Positions 56,488 through 64,000 of a stretch of DNA of 64,000 nt are shown piece by piece. How positions within the stretch are numbered: the stretch's first letter is position 1; every line of letters begins with the position of its first letter. A program made the position numbers and the translations under genes. The notes under the pieces were generated by a model. The model did no database searches. It was given only the letters and a program-made list of their open reading frames with translations, and was not told the DNA's origin. The DNA lies in assembly GCA_013336275.1 (NCBI GenBank), contig JAAXUA010000005.1, forward strand, positions 13,863 to 77,862. Direction: 5' to 3'. The DNA is from Candidatus Falkowbacteria bacterium. GTDB taxonomy: Bacteria > Patescibacteriota > Patescibacteriia > Patescibacteriales > GWE2-39-37.

Positions 56488-57516
56488 ATGTTTTTAGCCA
56501 GTCTTCTAGGGGGAGTGATCTCCTCCATATTTTTCTTAAACATCAGCTTGAGTGTTCCTGATTGGCACATGCCGCAGGAGCCGATTTTGCCATGGGTCAA
56601 AAAGGAGCGCATCGACCAGGCCATACATTGGTCGACTGAATTGCTGGTCGGCCGCACGGCCTTGGCCTTGATCGGCCATCGGCAGATGCTCCGTCTCACC
56701 AATAACGGCTTGCCGATCGCTGGTCTGCGGATGCCGGTCCGACGCGATGCCAGTTCGACCGATCCCTTAGTCAATGCATCATCAAGCATCGTCCTTGACG
56801 GCATGAACGAGATGGTGCTTTTCGCCAAGAACGAGAAGGCGGTCTGGCCGATTGCCAGCATCACCAAGCTTGTTACGGCCATGGTTTTTCTGGATCATAA
56901 TCCCGGATGGGACAAGGTCTATGAGATGCGCCCGAGCGATCGGCGCGATGGCGGCAAGATCTATCTGTTCAACGGAGACCAGGTTAAGGTCAAGGATCTT
57001 TTCTATCTGAGCTTGGTCGCCTCAGGCAATAGTGAAACGGTGGCTTTGGCAAATTCGACAGGCCTGACGACTGAGGAGTTCGTAGCCAAGATGAACGAGA
57101 AGATGCGCGACCTGGGATTGAACCAGAGTTCGTTCGCCGACGTTGTCGGTTTGTCTGACCAGAACGTCTCGAATGCCCAGGAGGTGGCGCTGATCGCCAA
57201 GACAGCTTTGGCTCAAAAGGAGATCAAGGATGCGACCCTGACCGACAGCTATCGCACCAAGACTTTGGCAGGCAAGGAGGTTTTTGCGCAGAGCACGGAT
57301 AAGCTCCTTGATGATGAGTTCAGTGACGGCATTACTCTTCTAGGCGGCAAGACCGGGCACATCATCAAGGCAGGGTATTGCTTCGTGGGAATATTCGCTA
57401 ATTCTAGCCGTAATCCAGTCATCTCGGTAATTCTTGGCAGCCCTAGCGATGCCTCGCGCTTTCATGAAGCTTACCGTCTGGCTGACTGGACCTATCGGAA
57501 TTATCGCTGGCAATAG
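56488..57516 (+). CDS. D-Ala-D-Ala carboxypeptidase/endopeptidase (S11)
   Basis: ASITK (SxxK), SGN and KTG motifs. Confidence 0.9.
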   Translation: MFLASLLGGVISSIFFLNISLSVPDWHMPQEPILPWVKKERIDQAIHWSTELLVGRTALALIGHRQMLRLTNNGLPIAGLRMPVRRDASSTDPLVNASSSIVLDGMNEMVLFAKNEKAVWPIASITKLVTAMVFLDHNPGWDKVYEMRPSDRRDGGKIYLFNGDQVKVKDLFYLSLVASGNSETVALANSTGLTTEEFVAKMNEKMRDLGLNQSSFADVVGLSDQNVSNAQEVALIAKTALAQKEIKDATLTDSYRTKTLAGKEVFAQSTDKLLDDEFSDGITLLGGKTGHIIKAGYCFVGIFANSSRNPVISVILGSPSDASRFHEAYRLADWTYRNYRWQ

Positions 57517-57564
57517 CGGCTAAGCGTGCTATAATATATATGATTAATTTTTTAATGAAATATC

Positions 57565-58356
57565 ATGGAAAAAGATAACAAGGGGCGATCCAAGGTCGTC
57601 GTGGCCAACTGGAAGATGAAGCTCGGACTCAAGGAAAGCGTCGAATTGGCCAAAGAGATGAAAGAGCTATTCACGGATTTCAAGAAGGCGCGAGTCGGCG
57701 TTTGTCCTAATTTCTTATCCATCAAAGATGTCAAAGAGGTCTTGAAAGATACCCCGATTGCGGTCGGCGCCCAAGATATTTTCTGGGAAGACCGCGGTGC
57801 CTATACCGGCGAGGTCTCGGCCAGCATGCTCATCGAGGCCGGCTGCGAATACGTGATCATCGGACACTCGGAAAGGCGCAAGTATATGTTAGAGAACTAC
57901 GAGATGATCCACCAGAAGCTCAAGGCGGTTTTGAATACCGACGGCCTGACACCGATCGTCTGTTTGGGCGAGAGCGAGGATGAGCGCAAGACCGATCGCC
58001 GCGATTTCGTCTTGGTACACCAGTTGCAGCAGTCGCTTGGCGGCATTAACCTTTTGGAAAATCAGCGCATCATCGTCGCTTACGAACCGATCTGGGCGAT
58101 CGGTTCCGGCATCGCCATCGAACCGGAAGAGGCAGTTTATGCCCACAAGATCATCAAGCTGACACTGAACGACATGTTCGGCCCGCAAGTCTCGAGCAAC
58201 AATTTCCAAATCATTTACGGCGGCAGCATCTCGAGCAAGAACGTTAAGGACTTCGTCAATCTCGAGAATATCGACGGCCTTTTGGTCGGCGGCGCCAGTC
58301 TCGACGCCAAGGAGTTCCACAAGGTGGCCAAGGCCATGCTGACCTGCTGCTCATAA
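57565..58356 (+). CDS. tpiA: Triosephosphate isomerase
   Basis: ANWKM, GHSERR, AYEPIWAIG, YGGS, LVGGASL. Confidence 0.97.
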   Translation: MEKDNKGRSKVVVANWKMKLGLKESVELAKEMKELFTDFKKARVGVCPNFLSIKDVKEVLKDTPIAVGAQDIFWEDRGAYTGEVSASMLIEAGCEYVIIGHSERRKYMLENYEMIHQKLKAVLNTDGLTPIVCLGESEDERKTDRRDFVLVHQLQQSLGGINLLENQRIIVAYEPIWAIGSGIAIEPEEAVYAHKIIKLTLNDMFGPQVSSNNFQIIYGGSISSKNVKDFVNLENIDGLLVGGASLDAKEFHKVAKAMLTCCS

Positions 58357-58377
58357 TTAACCATCAAAGAATAACCC

Positions 58378-59244
58378 ATGCTAGTCCACATCAAGAACAT
58401 AGTTGAAGATGCCCGCAAGAAGGGCTACGCGGTCGGATCGTTCAATATCCACAACGTCGAGACGGCGCTGGGCGTCGCTCATGCCGCGCAGAACAACTGC
58501 TCGCCGGCCATTATCCAAGTCTCGGAAAGCACGATCAAATATCTGGGCCTGAAGCCGGTGACCCATATCGTGTCTACTGTGGCCAAGAATATCGCGCCAG
58601 ACATGCCGATCGCCCTGCATCTAGATCACGGCAAGAGTTTCGCCTCGGTCGTCGAGTGCATCAATGCCGGTTTCAGCTCGGTCCATATCGACGCCTCTGA
58701 CCTGCCCATCGATGAGAATATCGCCCTGACCAAGCAGGTGGTCGAATTCGGCCATAGCAAGGGCGTGTGGGTCCAAGGTGAGGTCGGAGCTATGGTGGGA
58801 GGTCATGGCAGCGTTGGCGGCGAAATCGATATTCCCAAGGCCAAGCTCGAGGACGTAATCCGTTTCGCTGAGGAGACGGGGGTCGACACCATCGCTGCCG
58901 CCATCGGTACGGCCCACGGCGCTTACACTAACGAAGCTATAGATTTCGAGCTCTTGCGTAAAATCAAGGAAAAGGTTAAGATACCTTTCATTCTTCATGG
59001 CGGGTCAGGGAATGACGACAACGAGATGCGCCAGGCCATCAAGGGCGGAGTCGATGTCATCAATATCGGCACCGACATCAAAGTGGCATTCTGCCGCACT
59101 CTGATCAAGAACTGCAAAGACAACCCTGACGAGACTGATCCGCGTAACCTGCTGTCACCGACAATCGCGGCTGTCGAAGCCGTGGTGGCGGAAAAAATGA
59201 AGGTCTTCGGCTGCGCGTTCTGCATCCCCAAGCCGAAAAAATAA
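58378..59244 (+). CDS. fba: Class II fructose-bisphosphate aldolase
   Basis: LHLDHG, IGTAHG, LHGGSG, INIGTD. Confidence 0.93.
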   Translation: MLVHIKNIVEDARKKGYAVGSFNIHNVETALGVAHAAQNNCSPAIIQVSESTIKYLGLKPVTHIVSTVAKNIAPDMPIALHLDHGKSFASVVECINAGFSSVHIDASDLPIDENIALTKQVVEFGHSKGVWVQGEVGAMVGGHGSVGGEIDIPKAKLEDVIRFAEETGVDTIAAAIGTAHGAYTNEAIDFELLRKIKEKVKIPFILHGGSGNDDNEMRQAIKGGVDVINIGTDIKVAFCRTLIKNCKDNPDETDPRNLLSPTIAAVEAVVAEKMKVFGCAFCIPKPKK

Positions 59245-59251
59245 ATAAACT

Positions 59252-60124
59252 ATGTACGATATTATCCCTCTAATCTTAATGTTGGTCAGTTTCGGCGTGA
59301 TGGCAGTCATTGCCATCAGAAAATTTCCGGCACTGGCCAGTCTTGACGTCGAAAATATTCCGGCTGAAAAAGAAGCCCGCTTCAAGGAGCGGATTTTAAG
59401 CAACCGCCTGAAGCGTAACGTCTTGCGCTGGTATGCCAAGGTCGCCCGTTTCACCCGGCCGGTTTTCGGCTGGCTATCGGAAGTCCTGAAGTCGCTCTAC
59501 GCCAAGCTCCACGACCTTAAGGAGAAATATCGGACCGAACAGCCCTCCACTCCCGAAGACGCAGAAAAGCGCATCGCGGCCTTGTATGAGGAGTCAGAAG
59601 AGCTGCGCCGCCAGGAGGATTACGGGCCGGCCGAAAAGAAATTGATTGAGATTATCAGCATCGACAGTAAGAATATCAAGGCCTTTAAGGCGCTCGGCCA
59701 TCTGTATGTCGAGCGCAAGGACCTGGAAGAGGCCAAACAGACCTTCGAGCACATCTTGAAGCTGAAGGCTGACGACGAAGAAGCCTATGAAGACCTGGCC
59801 TTGGTGGCCCAGGCCTCGGGCAACCTCGAGCTGGCCAAATCCGACTATCTCCGCTCGCTCGAGATCAATAACCAGAGGGCCCAGACCTACTACCATCTGG
59901 CCTTGGTTTATGAAGAGACTGGCGATATGTTCAGCGCGGCGGACAATATGAAACTGGCTTTGAAGCTTGAGCCTAATAATCCCCGTTATCTTGACACTAC
60001 GCTAAGAATCAGTATAATAATAAAGGATAAAGTTTTGGCGCTGGAAGCTTATGACCGGTTCCTTAAGGTCAACCCGGAAAACCAGAAATTAAGCGAATTT
60101 AAGCGACAAATTGACGAAATTTAG
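59252..60124 (+). CDS. Membrane-anchored TPR protein
   Basis: N-terminal TM helix; TPR-like repeats (LGHLY, YHLALVY, LEPNNPRY). Confidence 0.85.
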   Translation: MYDIIPLILMLVSFGVMAVIAIRKFPALASLDVENIPAEKEARFKERILSNRLKRNVLRWYAKVARFTRPVFGWLSEVLKSLYAKLHDLKEKYRTEQPSTPEDAEKRIAALYEESEELRRQEDYGPAEKKLIEIISIDSKNIKAFKALGHLYVERKDLEEAKQTFEHILKLKADDEEAYEDLALVAQASGNLELAKSDYLRSLEINNQRAQTYYHLALVYEETGDMFSAADNMKLALKLEPNNPRYLDTTLRISIIIKDKVLALEAYDRFLKVNPENQKLSEFKRQIDEI

Positions 60125-60214
60125 CTTATTGCTAGATAACTATACAAAAAGCCTTTGGCTTTTTTATATTTGAAAAGTTCACTGCCGTCCGTGGCCTAGG
60201 CTAGGGACAAATTT

Positions 60215-60286
<72 letters not shown>

Positions 60287-60302
60287 CACGTTATTTAAAT
60301 TT

Positions 60303-60385
60303 GGGTCGATACCAAAGCGGTCAACTGGGGCAGACTGTAAATCTGCTGGCTTTCGCCTTCGCATGTTCGAATCATGCTCGGCCCA
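60303..60385 (+). tRNA. tRNA-Tyr(GTA)
   Basis: GCAGA-CTGTAAA-TCTGC anticodon arm; long variable arm. Confidence 0.96.
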
Positions 60386-60471
60386 CCGAAACAGTCTTTG
60401 CTTGCTTGCGCCTACCTTCGGCTGAAATGCCGGCAACCGAGCGGACTGCATATTAAATCGAAACAACGCAT

Positions 60472-60627
60472 ATGAGCCAAGATAACATGATCAAGCTGGA
60501 GTGCACCGAGTGCAAGACGATCAATTATTTTTCTCGGAAAAATAAGAAGACTCTGAAGACGCGCTTGGAAATGAACAAGTTCTGCAAGCACTGTGGCAAG
60601 CACACCGGCCACAAAGAAACCAAATAA
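60472..60627 (+). CDS. rpmG: 50S ribosomal protein bL33 (51 aa)
   Basis: Not in the ORF track; [13 protein letters not shown]...[21 protein letters not shown]. Confidence 0.96.
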   Translation: MSQDNMIKLECTECKTINYFSRKNKKTLKTRLEMNKFCKHCGKHTGHKETK

Positions 60628-60672
60628 AAGAAATTTGCTCAGAGCTCAAAATTATTTTTGAGCTCTGATTTT

Positions 60673-60743
60673 GCGGGGTTAGTATAATGGTAGTACGTGG
60701 GTCTCCAAAACCTATGGCGAGGGTTCGATTCCTTCACCCCGTG
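60673..60743 (+). tRNA. tRNA-Trp(CCA)
   Basis: GCGGGGT/ACCCCGT acceptor; TGGGT-CTCCAAA-ACCTA anticodon arm. Confidence 0.95.
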
Positions 60744-60823
60744 CAAATAAAAAACAAGGCTAAAATTAGCCTTGTTTTTTTGTTAATATGCTCTTAATAT
60801 AATTGGATGTATAATAATATTAT

Positions 60824-61765
60824 ATGTTAAGATCAGAAACTTATATACTAAAGGATAAAATAAATGTTGGTATATCGGCCTGTAATTTTGGTGCCTTGGT
60901 TCGGTATAATCGAAAAGGCTGGGATAGACTTGAGTCTTTGGGTCGGGAAAAGGATGCTTTTATTTGGACGCCCGTCTGTCCTGAGGTGATGAGCGGTTTA
61001 GGAGTGCCGAGACATCCTATGAAACTGGTTGATGGTAATGGTGATGATTTTTGGCAGGGTAAGTCCAGAATGAAAAATAAAAAAGGTGAAAATATCTCAA
61101 ATCTGATCAAGGAGGGAGCACTGGCTGCTCTTGGGAATATCCAAAGAGCCAATGTCGAGGCTTTTGTTTTTATGGATGGCTCACCGAGTTGCGGTGTATA
61201 TCGCACATCGCTCAAGAATGCTAGGCTGGGTAAGCCACCGGGAATATTTGGTTCATTGCTTTTGAAAGAGCAATTATTTCTCATACCGTCGCTTGACCTC
61301 GACAGTCCGTTGAAATGGTGGGATTGGCGTAGAAGACTGCATGCCTTTGTTTGGCTCAAAAGAGAGAATGTGGAAAATAAAAATAAATTGACTGATATTT
61401 GGCATAATTATAAGTTTCTTTGTCAGGAGATCTCTAGGGTGCGCGCCGACAAACTTGGTCACCAGATTGCTGAAATTTCTCAAAAATCTACAGTCACGGA
61501 GCTTGAGGTTATCAAATCAGAGGTTCTGGAAATACTGCGTCTACCTTCAAGCATTAATCGCATCAAAGCGATGGCTGAAAAACAAATGGGCTTTTATTGT
61601 AAGCATTTAGGAGTTTGTTATGTGGAAAAACTGCCATCAGTTGATTCGGCTAAGCAGAAGTTTTTTGAAAAATTAATTGAGCTTGAAAAAATTGCTCTTA
61701 AAAACAATATTAATTACGGATTTGTCCCAGTAATATATCGGGACGAATCCAGACAAACTATATGA
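60824..61765 (+). CDS. DUF523 (2-thiouracil desulfurase-like, YbbK) protein with DUF1722-like C-terminus
   Basis: GISAC..GALVRY, PVCPEVMSGLGVPR and SPSCG Fe-S motifs. Confidence 0.85.
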   Translation: MLRSETYILKDKINVGISACNFGALVRYNRKGWDRLESLGREKDAFIWTPVCPEVMSGLGVPRHPMKLVDGNGDDFWQGKSRMKNKKGENISNLIKEGALAALGNIQRANVEAFVFMDGSPSCGVYRTSLKNARLGKPPGIFGSLLLKEQLFLIPSLDLDSPLKWWDWRRRLHAFVWLKRENVENKNKLTDIWHNYKFLCQEISRVRADKLGHQIAEISQKSTVTELEVIKSEVLEILRLPSSINRIKAMAEKQMGFYCKHLGVCYVEKLPSVDSAKQKFFEKLIELEKIALKNNINYGFVPVIYRDESRQTI

Positions 61766-62172
61766 ATATTTTAAATTTTGCCAAGCTTTACTTTGTTGCT
61801 GTCCCGATTTTCTTTGCTCTTGATATGCTTTGGCTGGTGGTTATTGCCAAGGATACCTATCAGAAATATATGGGCCACCTAATGAAGCCGATGCCGAACT
61901 GGCCAGTGGCCATTCTTTTTTACTTATTATTTTTGGTCGGTCTGATTATTTTTGCCATTTATCCAGCGGTGCGTGAAAACTCTTGGACATATGCCTTGCT
62001 GTACGGTGCCATGTTTGGTTTTTTTACCTATATGACCTTTGACTTGACCAGCCTTGCCGTGCTTAAGGATTATTCCTGGCAGATTACCATTATTGATATT
62101 ATCTGGGGCATCGTCTTGTCTTCAACTGTTTCTGTCGCCACGTTTTTTATTGGTAGAAATTTTTTTAACTAA
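61762..62172 (+). CDS. DUF2177-family membrane protein
   Basis: LDMLWL, GFFTYMTFDLT, IDIIWG. Confidence 0.85.
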   Translation: MNILNFAKLYFVAVPIFFALDMLWLVVIAKDTYQKYMGHLMKPMPNWPVAILFYLLFLVGLIIFAIYPAVRENSWTYALLYGAMFGFFTYMTFDLTSLAVLKDYSWQITIIDIIWGIVLSSTVSVATFFIGRNFFN

Positions 62173-62179
62173 TAATTAT

Positions 62180-62947
62180 ATGACAATTCTCTATACTCAA
62201 GTTGTCGCCCTCATAGTATTCATGAATCTTTGGTTCTTGTATGCAGCGATAAAAAGCAGGAACGATGTGGCTGATGTAGCTTGGGGTCTCGGCTTCGTTT
62301 TGTTGGCATTGATAGGCGCCTTGATGAATCCTAGCACAAAAAATATCTTCTTGTTTTTGTTGGTTGCAATTTGGGGATTTCGGTTGGCTTATCATATTGG
62401 CACTAGATTTTTAAAAAGTGACAAGGAGGATAGTCGATATCAGAAAATGCGAGAAGGCTGGAGCGGTTCCGGGATAGTCAATTCATGGTACCGAATATTC
62501 ATGGTGCAGGGCGGGTTACTGCTGTTAGTTGGGGCGAGTATTTTGGCTGTGAGCAGTTCTCCGGCTAGTAGTTTTAGTTTAGTAAACATTTTAGGTGTGC
62601 TGATTTGGTTATTCGGCATAGTTTTTGAGACTATTGGCGATCGGCAACTTAAATCATTTCTGAGTAAAGAAGAAAACAGGGGACATATCATGAAAACCGG
62701 ACTCTGGCGCTATACTCGCCATCCAAACTACTTTGGTGAAGCAACTTTGTGGTGGGGAATCTGGTTCATTACTTTTGGTACACAATTTTTTTGGCTAGGC
62801 CTTGTTGGACCAATTACCATAACCATACTCTTGCGGTTTGTCTCCGGTGTGCCATTGGCCGAGAAACGATATACTGATAACCAGGAGTTTATTGAGTATG
62901 CCAAAAAAACTCCAGCGATGGTGCCTAATTTTTTTATAAAGCAGTAA
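62180..62947 (+). CDS. DUF1295 / steroid 5-alpha-reductase-like membrane protein
   Basis: DVAWGLGF, EDSRY, GLWRYTRHPNYFGE; start reassigned to 62180. Confidence 0.9.
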   Translation: MTILYTQVVALIVFMNLWFLYAAIKSRNDVADVAWGLGFVLLALIGALMNPSTKNIFLFLLVAIWGFRLAYHIGTRFLKSDKEDSRYQKMREGWSGSGIVNSWYRIFMVQGGLLLLVGASILAVSSSPASSFSLVNILGVLIWLFGIVFETIGDRQLKSFLSKEENRGHIMKTGLWRYTRHPNYFGEATLWWGIWFITFGTQFFWLGLVGPITITILLRFVSGVPLAEKRYTDNQEFIEYAKKTPAMVPNFFIKQ

Positions 62948-62978
62948 TTAAGTATGATTCTAAAATCAACGTAAATAC

Positions 62979-63668
62979 ATGACCACAGACAAGAGCCAAA
63001 ATGAAGAAATTATTAATCTCAGTAATATATCGAAATCTTTTTTTGAGAACGGAAAGGAAATTAGTATCCTAAAAGATTTGAACTTGACGGTCAGGAGGGG
63101 TGAGAAGATTGGCATTATCGGTCCCTCAGGATCTGGTAAATCGACCATTCTCTCAATCATGGCTGGATTGGACAGGCCGGATGCTGGTGAGGTTATCGTT
63201 AATTCAAAAAATTTGAATAATTTGTCAGAGGTTGACTTGGCTAAATTTAGAAATCAGGATATCGGCATTATTTTTCAGTCCTTCGAACTAATTTTGCCTT
63301 TCACAGTAAAAGAAAATGTCGCGGCTCCACAAGAAATTAGCGGGGCTAGTGATAATGATTTTATTCTATCTCTCTTGGAAAGTGTTAAATTATCACAAAA
63401 AACCAATAGTGGAGTTAATAACCTTTCAGGTGGGGAAAAACAACGTACGGCTATCGCCAGAAGTTTGTCCAATAAACCGGAGATTATACTCGCGGACGAA
63501 CCAACTGGGTCTCTAGATAGAATCACCGGCAAGAGTGTTCTGGATCTCTTAATAAACCTAACCGAGGAGGAAAACAAGGTTCTAATAATAATTACTCATG
63601 ATGAAGAGATAGCCAAGAAAATGGACAGGGTGTATGTACTAAAGGACAGAAAGCTGATTTTGATTTAG
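62979..63668 (+). CDS. ABC transporter ATP-binding protein (LolD/YbbA-like)
   Basis: GPSGSGKST, LSGGEKQR, LADEPTG, ITHD. Confidence 0.95.
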   Translation: MTTDKSQNEEIINLSNISKSFFENGKEISILKDLNLTVRRGEKIGIIGPSGSGKSTILSIMAGLDRPDAGEVIVNSKNLNNLSEVDLAKFRNQDIGIIFQSFELILPFTVKENVAAPQEISGASDNDFILSLLESVKLSQKTNSGVNNLSGGEKQRTAIARSLSNKPEIILADEPTGSLDRITGKSVLDLLINLTEEENKVLIIITHDEEIAKKMDRVYVLKDRKLILI

Positions 63669-63669
63669 T

Positions 63670-64000
63670 ATGATATTCAAATATTCACGAAAAATTTTAT
63701 ACAAAGAGAAGGAGAAGTTTTTCTTGCCTTTTATTTCCATCCTACTTACATCAAGCGTGGTGGTTTTGTCATATTTTTTGATATCATCAACCTCGGCGTA
63801 TCTGTCAGCTAGGGACAAGGAGTTTATCGGTGGTGACGTCGCCATAGAATCAAGTAAAATTTTTGATATCAGTACTTATTTATCTGAAAACAAAATAAAA
63901 AAAATTACTAAGCAGATTAATTTTCAGGGCCTGATATCAAGCAAGGAAAATGCCACGGGGGTTGATTTTACGTTTGTTGATCAAAACTTTCCCTTGTATG
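63670..64000 (+). CDS. ABC transporter permease (FtsX/YbbP-like), truncated by the window edge
   Basis: ATG 1 nt after the ATPase stop; TM helix then FIGGDVAI; frame open to the end. Confidence 0.75.
   Translation, partial: MIFKYSRKILYKEKEKFFLPFISILLTSSVVVLSYFLISSTSAYLSARDKEFIGGDVAIESSKIFDISTYLSENKIKKITKQINFQGLISSKENATGVDFTFVDQNFPLY

Overview
Bacterial chromosomal window, most consistent with a Patescibacteria (CPR, Parcubacteria-like) genome. This assignment is an inference from the spc operon lacking rpmD/uL30, rpsJ split from rplC, tRNAs without encoded CCA, mostly SD-less AT-rich translation starts, and standard code 11. The centre (23-43.5 kb) is the str-S10-spc ribosomal superoperon. 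The flanks carry an unusually rich metabolic complement for this group (Mqo, chorismate mutase/PDT/TyrA, DUF62 SAM hydrolase, GlgC, PyrF/PyrE, TpiA/Fba), HisRS, a non-discriminating-type AspRS, four tRNAs and an AT-rich block after tRNA-Trp. The most striking signal lies in the intergenic DNA and is missed by the ORF track: a layer of amino-acid-sensing RNA regulation. It comprises three near-leaderless leader-peptide attenuators (Asn/Asp-rich before mqo, Phe/Trp/Tyr-rich before the aromatic cluster, Met-Met-Met before the DUF62 SAM hydrolase) and two back-to-back divergent T-box riboswitches. One T-box has an ultrashort Stem I reading Asn and a terminator, ahead of aspS; the other controls an unknown CPDY-motif protein. 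Two unassigned structured RNA candidates are also present (before tRNA-Pro and after rpsJ). All calls are by eye from the sequence; no database searches or folding programs were run.
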